A stretch of DNA of 64,000 bases from assembly GCA_051294375.1 (NCBI GenBank), contig CM119266.1:15493405-15557404 (forward strand), read 5' to 3'. The notes under the pieces were generated by a model. The model saw only the letters and a list, made by a program, of their open reading frames with translations. It was not told where the DNA came from and searched no databases. The DNA comes from Paraspadella gotoi. Taxonomy: Eukaryota > Animalia > Chaetognatha. The translations under genes were made by a program, and so were the position numbers. Each line of letters opens with the position of its first letter. The first letter of the stretch is position 1. Positions 38,578-54,856 of the stretch are shown here, piece after piece.

Positions 38578-39684
38578 AAGTTAAGGGAACATCAAAACTG
38601 TATATCGTACATTCTACCAGTTGCAACTGTCCCAGAGTTATGTTAGAGGTGTGATATGACGCTCCTCCCAGAAACAAGTTATAAATACAGAGAGAGAATC
38701 ATCGGTAGTGACGGAGAGAACCTCAGCGAAAACTAAAGCTGGCTCCGCGGCGGCGGCGGCGGCGGACGCTGCGTACGCGGAATTCCTCTCGTAACTGTCG
38801 CCGGCCTCACCTGCTGGCGCCATCTTTTTCCCCTTAAAAACCTTGGCTTTTATTTTTTACCCTCTCTTTAAAAGCAGACGATGACGATGACGATGACGAC
38901 CAACCTAAAGACTCTGAGAAGACGAATAAAATGACGACGACGACGAGCCGGAGCTTCCCGCGATTCTTTTGTCTCATGTCCTTCGGTCGACGCTTCGATG
39001 ACGGGGATTCCTTTGCCAACATCCTGGACGCTGCGGCTCTCCGCCGCCGCCGCCGCCGCCGCCGCCCCCTCAGGTTTCCTGCCCCTTTGTTTGAAGTCCG
39101 CGCTCTACCCCGTTCGTTCGCAACGGCTTTCTTCTGGCGCTGCCGCCTCCGACGCTGCCGAAGCGGCCAACGCCGCCGTCTCCCGCTTTCTATCGATATT
39201 CATCGGTTTTAAATTTAATTTTTTTGTCGCAGCTGAAATTTATTTTTGTGGTGAAAGTTTTTCATTTTACTTTTTGACTTTTTAGTCGCCATCCTATTCC
39301 TGTTAACCTATTTTTTATTTCTCTAGTTTTATTAGCCGATAGATTTCGCTCTTTATAAAAGTCAATCGATATACATTATGTTTTTAATTGAAATAAAATT
39401 TGAATATCCGATAATTTTTTTTTTCAATCAAAGATCGCAGCTTCAGCGTTCGACGAGAAACCACGATGTCACGTTTTCTACTGCATCTTCGCGATTACAA
39501 GTTCGAAGCTAAGAAAAAAAAACGACACTTTTTTTCATAGTCTCTTCTTTGTCCCGGAAGAAAGAGGCTGGTTCGTGAAGGATATTCTTTTCCTTATTTT
39601 CTGCTTCTGTATCTTTGTCACTATGACAACCGTTTTTTTATGTTTTTCTCTCACACCGTCTTTTTCTTTCTTTCTTTCTTTATT

Positions 39685-39772
<88 letters not shown>

Positions 39773-40292
39773 TCCCACTCTCTGTCTCTCTCTGTCTCTT
39801 CTCTTTACTCCCGGTGGACGTGAGTCTTTGGCCAAAACCATGGACGTCTCAGCTCCCATGGGGCGCGCCCACTTCTGGTTAAGAGACGAGCGAATTCAGA
39901 GCGCGCCTTCGCCCCGCACTGAGATCGTCTATATATCCCAACAAATTCTGTTCCACTATATTTGCAATTTAAGAAGAGAATAAACATATTTTTATTTTTA
40001 AATTCAAATACTGCTGCATTTTACCATCTTCGCCTTATCAGAAAAACCTGTAAACCTACAGAGAGAAATAGAGAGAGAGAGAGAGGAATGTAACAGACAT
40101 GGAGACAGAGTTTGAAAAAATTTAAATCTTTCAAAACACGTCGATAGAAAGAACAGGAATAAAAAGGAATAAAAAAGGTTGTAAAAGTCGTTTTTGATTC
40201 TCCAGAGAATTTTTGTCTCGCAAAAACACTCGTCTTTGATATGCAGAGAGGAGGAGCGGCGACTATCTCTCTTTCTTTTCTCCCTCTCTCTC

Positions 40293-40343
<51 letters not shown>

Positions 40344-40666
40344 TCTCTCTCTTCTCTCTCTCTCTCCTCTCTCCTCTTTGAATTTACCCTTTTCATAAAA
40401 GGGAAATTATGAAGAAGGTACTTATTCGGGTGAGGCTCACTACGCCCCCCGTCTTCTTTCCTCTCGCTTGAATTCCACGGGTCGGAATCTCGAAGGTGGA
40501 AAATCGGAGGAAACCGGAATTCATCTCTGTCTCCCTCAACCCGACTTCTCCTGGTCCTTATCTTTGCATTGTTTTTCTAGCAGAATGTTTTGGTTTCGCC
40601 CCGCGCGTTTCGAAAGTGTTGAAATAATCGTTGAAAAAACTCGTATGGTTTCTGCAACACTTTCGA

Positions 40667-40763
<97 letters not shown>

Positions 40764-42695
40764 CGCTTCTCCCCTTTCGTTTTCCACTTGGATCTTAATG
40801 GATTTCAGCCACGTAACTCGGGGTCCTCTTGTCGGAGTCAAATGAGGGGAAAGCAACTCCTCTGTCTTCGATTTGAGAAGAATGAATTTCTTTCGGATGA
40901 AGAGAAAGCGGAATCTCAGTCTATTGCTTTTCGTTCTAGTCTTTGCTGCTCTCTTTTCCGACGCTTTCTTTTTTCAATTTTTCGCTTTTGTCTCGTCAGC
41001 CTTACCATTACTTTTTTTGTCCTTTCCATTTTTTACTAACTATCTTTTTTACTAACCTTCTGGCCATTCCGTACCTCTTGAATGTCTTGATTCACCGTCA
41101 TTTTCGCCTTTCTGTCTTTTAGCCCTTTCCCTTTTAATCATTTTTTGGGAATTTTCTGCCCTTTTTTTCATGAATCATAATTTTTTTTTTAATCTCCACC
41201 TTTCTCGTTGTGAATCCAGTGGAGATAAAACCCTAATTTTTTTTTAAGTTTTAAACCTTTGAAAAAAATTCAGAGAGACGACCGCGATTTTAAAATTCTT
41301 CCTCTCGGATTTCGGTTCGCACTTTGAAAACATGATTAACATTTCCACTCTTGACTTTTCGCTTTAACAGTTTTAAATATTTTTTTACAGCTTCAAAATA
41401 GAGAGGTTTTTGATGTATTTGCTACTGACTTAACTTACTTTCGCTCGCTAATGACTTTTGTTACCCCTGTGTTCATAATCGCTCGCTACAAATGAACAAT
41501 GAGCTCCAAAGCAGGAATCGACCTGAAAACTCAACTCCTTAGCATAACTCCCCTCCTTACAACTCCAGCGGTTACAAGCTTTAAAAATAAAATAATAAAT
41601 TGTTAAAGTTTTTTTAGTTCAGGCTCAATTTTTTCCCCCGATCCTTCTTTTACATATTGAAGGTGTTAAACGATTCGTGGTCAAGCTATGCAGCATCGTT
41701 AGATAAAAAACATTATACATAGATTTTTTTGACGAAAAAAATTAAATGACATTGAATGACATATAAATGAGCATAAATAAATCATGTCCAAAACAAAAAG
41801 GCAATCCTCTCACACGGAAAAAAACTGAGTTACCATCACTCCCTTTCCCTTTCCCTTTCCTCCCGCCGGGGCTAAAATAAGCCTTTATAAGGGAGGCCTT
41901 TGCGAATTGTTGTTCCCGAGGTCGCGGAATAATTTATTGCCCCGCCCCCGGGGGGAAACTCTGGAAGACGTCCTTGTAGACTTGCGGTATGAACTGACCC
42001 GAAAACGTCATAAACCCGCTCGAGCGAATTGGGGGCGTTGCCGGAGGGCGGCTGATTGGGTGGTTGGGGGTGTTGAAGAAAGAGATTCTTTTTACGTTTT
42101 AACCGTTGCCGTTCCGCGGCCTTTCAAACTCCATGAAGTATTAATAGCAGGAGATGACCACTGGCCAAGTTTGGGCCAACTGCAGCTGAGTTTGTTAGAA
42201 AAAGTTTTCTTTTTTCTGCTCATTTCTGCTCATTTTTTGCTGTTATTGAATGCCTTCTCAATACGATCATAGCGATAAAAATCACACAAATTTAAAAATA
42301 TATGTATATACTCTAAAAAGAGAGAAGATAGGACGGAACCGAAGGTGAGAAAGAAGCGTGGAGGAAAGGGAGGAAAGAAAAGGACAAAGAGTAAAAGAAA
42401 AAATGCTAATTAGGGACTAAAGAAAAAAGGAAGACGAAGAATAAGAGTTAAATTTCAGAAACTTAATGAGGATGAAAAAGTTTTAGTTTTTTTTTTTTTT
42501 TTTGTCAGCGAAAGCAAAAAAAAAAGAAAAAGAAATCTGATTCGAAAAAAAAAGAATGAAAAAGAAAAGAAAAAAATAGATTGTGAAAAAAAATAATTCG
42601 GCAGCGAAAAAGAGAACATTAAATTTTTTAAAAAAAAAAAGCATCTTAACTTTTAATCCACTAAAATTTCTGTCTCTCTCTAGCTCTCTCTTTTT

Positions 42696-42748
<53 letters not shown>

Positions 42749-42786
42749 ATCTTTCATCTTTACCACTCTTCATTCTTAACAATTCT

Positions 42787-42839
<53 letters not shown>

Positions 42840-43174
42840 CTCTCTCACTTTCTCATCGCAAAAGAGAGGAAGGCTGTGCGCTTTTACCTCGGCATTTGGG
42901 GTCGCTGCCGAATGAATTTTTAATGTTGCCCGAAATAAAAAATGTTTTGACGTTGAAATAGAAACGGAGAGAGACAAAGAGAGACAGAGAGAGACAAAGT
43001 CAGAGAGCGAGACGAAGAGAGAAAAAGAGAAGAGGGGTCAAAGAGAAGCCATGAGAATGAATAAGAAGCTAGAATTTGTTTGAATGAATGAATAAATGAA
43101 ATGAAATGAATGCCCAATACGACATAGCATAGAAAATAACATAATAATATGTGAATGAAAAAATGAGTAATACC

Positions 43175-44593
43175 TCTTTTTTTCTTTCCTCACATTTTAA
43201 TTTTTTTTAAATTTTTTTAGCTTAATTCCTTACATAAGTTCTGCTCCTTTCACATATTGCCGAAATTTATATACAAAAAATCCATTTCGTTCTGTTCGCA
43301 TAAAATATCGATGCAAATCTCATTATTCACAGCTCAGCACGTATAGGGTGGTTTCTTCTCAAGTCCTAAAAATCTATCTCAACTTGAGCCAGCACCTAAA
43401 ATGGCCAACCTTACTTATGCTTCACCCACTTTCACCGTCTACTTTTACGATCCACTTTTACGACGTCCTCGCGTCTTAACGACGCATTTTCGCTGCCGAG
43501 GAAGCCACTGATTTCGTCCAAGGATTTTTTTTTTTTTTCATTTTCGCTTCCTCATTGGAGGAAAAAACTCTGAGGCGCTATTTTTGGGGATAGGAGGGAT
43601 GTTTTAATCGGATTAATCCGGCAAAGGGGAACTGTGTAACTGAGGCTACGTCCTACGTTTACATTTTTAGTTGCGCCGACGGGTACTCGGGGAGAAACTT
43701 TAAAAGTCACTTTTCGGTCGGTCTGTCGGTCGGTAGATTGGTATATTCTGTCCCAAAACTTATAACTCGTCTATAATTGGTTGCTCATTTGTTAAGACCA
43801 AAAAAAACCCTCAAATCTAAGTGACTGCGAGCGCCGCATTCAGGAAATCCTAAAACTAAAAAGATGTAGTGCAAAGAANNNNNNNNNNNNNNNNNNNNNN
43901 NNNTTTTTCTTTCCTCACATTTAATTTTTTTAAATTTTTTTTAGCTTAATTCCTTACATAAGTTCTGCTCCTGTTCACATATTGCCGAATTTAGATTCTT
44001 AACAAAAATCCATTCGCCGTTCGTCGATAAATATCGATGCAACCATTATTCACAGCTCAGCACGTAAGGTGTTTCCCAGTCCTAAAAATCTATCTCAACT
44101 TGAGCCAGCACCTAAAAATGGCCAACCTTACTTATGCTTCACCCACTTTCACCGTCTACTTTTACGATCCACTTTTACGACGTCCTCGCGTCTTAACGAC
44201 GCATTTTCGCTGCCGAGGAAGCCACTGATTCGTCCAGGGATTTTTTTTTTTTTTCATTTTCGCTTCCTCATTGGAGGAAAAACTCTGAGGCGCTATTTTT
44301 GGGGATAGGAGGGATGTTTTAATCGGATTAATCCGGCAAAGGGGAACTGTGTAACTGAGGCTACGTCCTACGTTTACATTTTTAGTTGCGCCGACGGGTA
44401 CTCGGGGAGAAACTTTAAAAGTCACTTTTCGGTCGGTCTGTCGGTCGGTAGATTGGTATATTCTGTCCCAAAACTTATAACTCGTCTATAATTGGTTGCT
44501 CATTTGGTAAGACAAAAAAACCCTCAAATTCTAAGTGACTGCGAGCGCCCGCATTCAGGAAATCCTAAAACTAAAAAGATGTAGTGCAAAGAA
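43175..44593. repeat. ~700-bp direct duplication either side of a 25-N gap (43175-43878 vs 43904-44593)
   Basis: Near-identical sequence with small indels flanking gap 43879-43903; typical overlapping gap flanks. Confidence 0.85.
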
Positions 44594-44635
44594 AGTGACT
44601 GCGGCGCAACACATTGGATGGACCGATTTGTTTTT
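44379..44635 (+). mobile_element. Short (~255 bp) complete family-1 Helentron/DINE-1-like element
   Basis: TTTTTAGTTGCGCCG (44385) ... TCGGTCGGTCTGTCGGTCGG ... CGGCGCAAC (44602-44610), imperfect hairpin ATTGG-ATGGA-CCGAT, then T-run. Confidence 0.7.
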
Positions 44636-47479
44636 TTAGTCGATCTGCTTATCACAGACTCCCGATCTTAACTCACTTTTTATAACTCACGTTTTTGGTT
44701 CCGTCGGTCCGCCCCTCAAATATTGTCGGGCACCATCACTATATCGATGTCAGAAACGATGAATTATGATAATTATGCAAAAAAATGATGTCCGTCGGTA
44801 TCGTCCGTCTGTGCCTGTCGTCCGTCCGTCCATCCTTGAGCAAAAAACAGCCAATTACTGGTGATGGATGGATGGATTAAATGATAATTTGTGAGTGGAT
44901 AGGATTAAGTGTGTGAATTTGAGCTGGATATTAGTTCGGATGGAATCGTCCGAGTGGGAATATGAGTTAAATGGAAAAACAAAAAAAATATATTCACTAT
45001 TGGAACAGCCTAATTGCGCCATTGAGTGGATGGGCTGATTTGACCTGGAATTTTGTATGTTGGTTAGGAAGTTGTGTGATTGAACGAAGGAATTCAAGTT
45101 TTATCGATGAATAGTTTGAATGTGATATATGAGTTAAATTGGAAAAAAACTAAAAAACGTGTTTTAACTAATTTGATTATTGCTTCTTTTCCCTTTTATA
45201 TAGAATGTATACTGCAGGTGTATATATAATCATAATAATAATTCAGTTAATACAATAGTAAATGTAACTCAATTAATTAATTAATGTGTCCATCATCCTC
45301 CTCAGGTCCGTCCCATTCTTAGCAAAAAGCTCATCAAAACTCGTGATGGCTGTTGGATTGGATTAGTAATATTTGGTGTGGTGTAGGATAAGTTGTGTGA
45401 TAAGGCTGGATATATCATATAAATTTCTGATTGGAATCGTGTGAGTGCAAAGTTGAATATTTTATAATGGAAAAAACATAAGTCTGTAATTTTACATAAA
45501 TCTTTTACTTATTTTAAACCGAAATTGTGATAGATTTAGAGTGAAAGTTTTGTGTGTGGGTAGGAAAACGTAATGACGATAGGGCCTTGAGTATTAAGCT
45601 TCAGTGGAGAAACGTAACAGTGGATAATATAGTTTAATAAGTATCAAAAATATGAGTACATTACTTGAATTTTTTATTTATTATAACCTCATGATAGATT
45701 GAATGATTGACTAATTTTGTTGAGTCTCTAGTAGGAAAGTGATGTGTGAAGCTAGATATAAAGTTTTTGACGAATGCAAGTTTGAAAAATTATTGCAATT
45801 GAAATTAATATGATGCATTTAAAATAAATCTGATAAAGCGTAAGGATCCTGTCGCTATTGCATAAAAAGCAGAGAGAGAGAGAGAGAGAGTAAGAGAGAG
45901 TGAGAGAGAGAGAAGAGTGAGAGAGGATAGAGTGAGATGGAGGAACGATAAATATAAAAGAATCTTAAAAAGACTCAGATCGTAGCATCGTAGTCCACTA
46001 TCAATTAGAAGATTAATTATGTAAAAAAGTCCGGGAAACGAATGAATCACTGCGATAAACGAATTGTTGATGTACTGTAATATTGATTGAGGTAATACTA
46101 ATTGATTGATGTAATAGTAATTTTATTACTGATAGGATGATTAATGGAATTGATGATAATCTGATTGTCGGCGATAGTCATCATCATGAAAATTTGTATG
46201 CAGTGCGTGATGCACGATGCATTCACTGCGTGATTGATTTGTCATTCATGAATTGTCGATGATTCATTATTGTATTGTATATTGCACTGATGCTATAAGT
46301 CAATAAAACAAACAAATGGCCGTGATGAGTGAAGAGAGAGAGAGGAGAGATAGAAAATGAAGAGAGTAGAGAGAGAAGAGAAAGTAGAGAGAGGAAGAAG
46401 AGAAGATCCAATCAAGAAAACGTCGGATGAGAATATGGGATTTTGATGAAAATAGCGACGGAAATAAAGGTGGCAATATATAAAATTAGATTTTTAGAAA
46501 GGAAAAAAATCATCGAATTTTTCAAAAAAACAACGATCATGCGCAAAGATCGGACAGATAGGGACGACACACACAGAGAGATGTCAGAGAAGCAGAGAGA
46601 GAAGAGAGAAAAAGAGTAGAGAGAGAGAGAGCAGGCCGTCTGCATGAGAATAAAGGAAAGAGAAAGAGCGATATAATTAATATTAAGGTAAGAGAGAGGA
46701 GTTGAGAGAAAGCTCTAGCAGCCCCTTTTACTCGTTAAAGAATCAGCAGTAACTTATGGCGCCGCACGTTAGCAATGAGCCTATTGCTCTTATCCTCAAG
46801 AGTAGACCAGGTTCGCGCCTTTCCGCGCCATCCGTTTTTTACATTAGTGTTAACTCCAACATTTATTCTAAAATTTTTGTAAAAAAAAAGAAGGATTGAG
46901 AGAGAGAGATGTAGAGAGAGAGATGAGAAAGAAGTTCTGGACAGTACCTGCAGAGCGCGGAACTCGTTTTTATGAAGAAGCAGTGACGAGAAAGAGAGAA
47001 TGAGTAGAAGAGCGACATATAATATAAAACGTTTTTGTTTTGTAAATAAACATAAACAAATGCCTAATATTGATATGAAACTGATGAAAACTTTATATAT
47101 AGATCTTGAGATTAGAAGCCATTTATGAATAATTCAACTCCCTATGATTATCACACTTTCAGAAGCCATGACTTGCAAAAAAGCGAGACCGAGAAGCTGA
47201 AAGCCGAAAAAAAAATCTAGACAGGTAACGGGCTTTTCTTGCTCCCGCCTAGGCTCGATATAGAGATATTTGTTTGTTGATAAAGGTAACAAAACGATTT
47301 AATTATAACTGTCCTGACTTCAATTTAAGTGTACATCGAGTGATGACAAAGCTGATATAAATTAATAATAATCTATTGAATTATATTTAATCTATTAATT
47401 AATTTAATTAATTATATTAATCATTTAATTTAATTATAATTATCCGTAGCAGATCCGACATTGTTTGCTCAAACTTGTT
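44634..47479 (+). mobile_element. ~2.85-kb Helentron-type element (family 2) inserted in the terminal T-run of the family-1 copy; interior is low-quality sequence
   Basis: 5' TTTTAGTCGATCTGCT (44639-44649), (GTCC)n-like core ~44700-44835, 3' inverted AGCAGATCCGAC (47448-47459), hairpin GTTTG-CT-CAAAC and TTGTT. The apparent empty site is at 49014-49048. Confidence 0.6.
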
Positions 47480-48345
47480 AAATTCAAGATTACTGGATTA
47501 GTCGGTAATATATTTTTTTGGTGATGAGATAATTGATTATCTCCCGTATTCAATATGAATTTTAAAAAAATATTTGGTAACATCAGTATATATTCGGCTT
47601 ATGTTTGTTCCTCCCAAAAAAAAGATTGACGGCGTTGAGCTTTTGAATCGATTACTGCGCAGTCGCGCCACCTGGCGCAAACCGAGTGCACGCCGACGCT
47701 GCCGGCGCCTAACCGACACCAGCCGACGTCGGCTTTCGATTCAGATTAGGGTCGCGACCTCGCCAGTCACTCAAACGCCCCACTGCCGTAGAGAAGACCG
47801 CTCCGTCAAAAGCATTAAGAGCCGACAAGCCGTTGTTGGATGTCAGGGAGACCGGAAAAGAAAAATATGACGAGGAAACCTCAGATTTGATATATATTTT
47901 GTTTAAAACTTTCTTTATAAACTTAGTTTTGAAACTAACTTCATTATATTGCGTTTCTTTTATACGATTAAAAAAGAGACAGCTCGCTAAAAAAAATGGT
48001 TTAGTCTCCTGTCCCGAAATACGGACGAAAAAGATCGAAGGCAATCCCTACCCGAATTTCCGGGACGATGTTCCGTCGAGTCCCACATCGCTCTACTGCC
48101 TCTTCCTGCCTCTTCCTACAACGTGGCATTCGCCGATGAATCGAAGGAACGCGGATTTCGGGGTATCAAGCTCGCCTACGGAAGGGTCTCCCCCAACGTT
48201 TCCTCCCCATCGCCTCAATCGCCCTTCTCGAGTATTAGAGTAGACCGTAGACGCAGTGGACGGGTATGAGGGGATTGTGTGGGGCGGGCCGAAAGGGTGC
48301 TAGCCGCGGGGTGTGCACTGGGTAAAATTGGGGAATTATAATGAG
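47480..48345 (+). repeat. Noisy duplicate of 49034-49870 (upstream region and exon 1 of the Ig gene), likely alternate haplotype or raw read
   Basis: Collinear with 49034-49870 with many indels; its exon-1 copy (~48068-48240) is frameshifted. Confidence 0.8.
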
Positions 48346-49617
48346 AAATAGGGGGGATGTTGGACGACTCGCTCGGGAGAGGTGGAGGTCGCGAGTGAGG
48401 TACAGGCGGTCGGAGGCGGCGGGGTGGGAGGCCGATAGAGGGGTCGGCGTGCCGCAGGGACGCGTGCCATTCGTGGAAGGTCAATGTTCCATACCGAGAG
48501 GTGTGATCAAACCCGGTAAGTGTAGGGTTGGTGTTTGTTGTGGTGTTGGGTTGGTTCTTATCTATGACTTAATTGGTTATTTATTATATGTGTGTGGGTT
48601 TTGTGCCTGTTTGGGTGCTTTTTTTTAGTATAGAAATAAATTTATTAATAAAAATTATATCAAAAGCAAAGGTGATGTGACATATGGATAAAGAAGGGTG
48701 CGGGTGTGCAGGGGAGGGACGGTGCTATGGGGTCAATTATCGGCCGGGGTGGTATAAGGAGGGTGTGATGGGAAGAAGAGGCCTTTAAAAAAGGATGAAA
48801 GAAAGCCAAAAGAAGAGAAGAAAGGCATAAAGAAAACCGGTCGCCGGAAGAGACTGTCCAAGGAGAGACTAGGGCCGGTGGGGAGGGAGGGCGGAAATAA
48901 GACGAGAAAGAGAGCTAGAGAGAGAAGTAGAGGGAGGAGAGAGAACTGTAGGGGATGGTATGTGTACGGGGAAAGGCAGCTGGAGGAAAGTGACTGCGGC
49001 GCAACACATTGGATGGACCGATCTTGTTTTTTTAAATTCAAGATTACTGATTAGTCGGTAATATTTTTTTTGTGATGATGATTAATTGATTATATCTCCT
49101 CGTATTCAATATTGAATTTTTAAAAAAATTATTTGTAACATCAGTATATATTCGGCTTATTTTTGTTCCTACCCAAAAAAATGATTGACGCGTTGAGCTT
49201 CGAATCGATTACTTCGCCAGTCGCGCCACCTGGCGCAAACCGATGCAGCCGACGCTGCCGGCGCCTAACCGACACCAGCCGACGTCGGCTTTCGATTCAG
49301 ATTAGGGTCGCGACCTCGCCAGTCACTCAACGCCCACTGCCGTAGAGAAGACCGCTCCGTCAAAAGCATTAAGAGCCGACGCAGCCGTTGTTGGATGTCA
49401 GGGAGACCGGAAAGAAGAAATTATACGAGGAAACTCAGATTTTGATATAATTTTTGTTTCAAACTTTCTTTATAAACTTTGTTTTGAACTAATTCATTAT
49501 ATTGCGTTTCTTTTACGATTAAAAAGAGACAGCTCGCTAAAAAAATGGTTTAGATCTCCTGGTCCCGAATACCGGACGAAAAAGATCGAAGGAAATTCTC
49601 TACCGAATTTCCGGACG

Positions 49618-51988
<2,371 letters not shown>

Positions 51989-52231
51989 AGGAAGTGGCAA
52001 TAGCAGCGAACGACGCCGGTCGCGCTCAGATCTTTTTGGGATGTTTTGCACTGATTTGTGGGTTTTAATACGCAGAAATACGAGAAATACGCAGAGAAAT
52101 CCTTTGAACGTAGATTCAAATAGCAAGATTTCTGTGAAAAAATAGTGCTTTGTTTATTAAATATTCATAAAATTTAGAATATTGTTCCAGGGCATGCCCC
52201 TTTAGTTTCTTTTTATGCCACTACATACTTA

Positions 52232-52296
<65 letters not shown>

Positions 52297-52859
52297 CTTC
52301 GCGCCGCATAATCACCCGAAGGTCATTCGCTGCGAATTCCGACGCCTTTTAAGAAAAGCGATTCATTATTTAAACCATTTGAAAAAGGTTGCGACGTGAG
52401 AGGCTTTTCTCGGTTCCTCATTTTTTATCTTTTTCTTTTTCTATTTTTTTTTGGCTTCTATCTTCACTTCGACTTCAATCTTTCCTCTTCAACTTCTTTG
52501 ACTTCTCAACCAACTTCTTTTCCTTTTTCTTTTTCTTCTCCACGCCTCCCGATTTTCCGTCGCCCATATCGTCTCTCGACTTCGAACCTTTCTCAAGAGT
52601 CTCCGCCACGGTTCTCCTTACCTTACCTTTTTCGATTTCCCGTCTCGACTCTACCTCGATTCCACCCGAAACGCCTCGCCCTCTTCTCAACCTACCAGTG
52701 GCGTCTCCATTGCGAGTGAATGGGTGATTAAGACTCCGGCTTCGAATTGAGGCGCAGTTGGATCGTCGTCTTCGTCGTCGTCTGCGCCCTGGTGTCGCCT
52801 GGCTTTTAGCCGAAACCAATAAACAGCCTATTGAGTCTCGCCTGAGAGAGAGAGAGGGA

Positions 52860-52907
<48 letters not shown>

Positions 52908-53276
52908 GAGAAGAGGAGATTGAGAGTTTGGAAAAGTGGATTGGGAAAGCAGAGGGACGCTTAAAGAAGACTTTTTATATCTAAGCCCTTTAAAAAAGCT
53001 AGTAACTTAGTTTATAGTGCAAAAAAGTGATGTATTTTCCTATTGGTGATTTTTTTTTTAAATTTCTAGTCTAATTTTGTTTTCGTTCCAAACCAATTGG
53101 TCGAAAGACAGCTTAGCGTTCAAATCGCTACATTGCGTGCTCGCTCACAGTCTGCGCACGCGCGCAGCAAACGGCACACGATGGCACGCAGAAGCGCGTT
53201 CTGAAGGACGAACGTTTAGCGTCTTTCATCGCCATCTCGGCGACTCTTTTGTTGCTATATACTTAAGGGTGTATAC

Positions 53277-53389
<113 letters not shown>

Positions 53390-54533
53390 ATATTTAAAGA
53401 CAATCTCTTGAGACACGAAGCTATCGAAATAGCGAAATTCGATGCTTAAAATTGTAAGCTTTCCCGTTCATTTCTTTAGTAAAAAAGTGGTTTCAAAATT
53501 CTTCAAAAGGGAATTTTTGACATCAAAATAATTATCAAATGTCATAAAACGAATAGGACCAGCTCTTCAGACACAATGCTTTCGTAATCGCGCGTTTTTA
53601 AATCTGTTTTAGACCAAAATTTCTCACAATCGTGTTTTCAAATTGGGTAGTTAGATTCGATCGGAATTCTCTATTCGAAAAATGTTGAATTATTAAAATA
53701 TATTTTAAAAGCCGAGATTGACGCCTAACTCGGTGATTATATGTAGAGCGTCCAAAAAAAACTAGCTGAGGCGGCGTATCTTCGGGGCATTCAGCCCTCG
53801 GTCGCTTGCCAATTTTCGAATCATCTCTAAACACTCAATTTGCAAGCCCCAACTTGACCCAAATCGCATTTAGTCTTTTCTGTTTAAATCTGCCGTCACC
53901 CTCGTCAAATGTTGTCGCTCGGTTTGCCTCCACACGACGAAAGCGCCAAAAGCGTAAACATCAAAAGAACAATTATTTTGATAATAAAGGAATACAAAAA
54001 GAGAAAGAAAAAAGATACCGAGTTTCTGTATTTAAAGAGTGAAACGCTTAAAAGATTAACACTAAAACAATTAGTGAATAATAACTAATAAAACATGTTG
54101 AATTAGATAGTGAAATTTTTTTTCTTAATGACAATTTATAAAATTACTTTTTTTCAACTCCAAAATAAATGATAATAATAATAATAAATAAAAAAAAATT
54201 AAATAAAAACTAAAATTTAGAAAAACTGGAAGAAAGTCCTTGTAGATTATTTTAGCATCTATTTTGTTTACATTTTCATTCAAACTTGGGTAAATCTTCA
54301 GCCATCCCAACTGCCTTCACAGTCCCTCCATTTCGGTCTTGATCCCCAGTCTTTTTTTCACTCTCCCATCTCCTCTGATTCAAGATGCCTTCCCACATTC
54401 ATGCCACTTTGAATGCGTTTCTTGAAATTCGCCACCGACGCTTATGATTGCAATGACCTCACCACCATCTCAGAGATCGCGAGATCAAAACTTTTTAGAG
54501 AGAGAGAGAGAGAGAGAGAAAGAGACAGAGAGA

Positions 54534-54571
<38 letters not shown>

Positions 54572-54754
54572 ATTTTGAGTAACCTCTCACAGCCATTTTT
54601 TCTCTGAGATTTCCTATCTTTTTCTATCTCGATTTCTTTTTCCCCTTTTCACATTTTGGCCATTCATTCAATCTTTCTATCTCCCTTAAAAGTTCACAGT
54701 CAGACTGATTTTTATCTCGGAAGTAATAGGAAATAATGTAATTGCCGAAAATGA

Positions 54755-54856
<102 letters not shown>

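Noticed and set aside
47480-48345. Paralogue or pseudogene of the Ig gene's first exon
   Set aside because: Indel-type noise, degrading into junk by ~48350; better explained as the alternate haplotype from a raw read.
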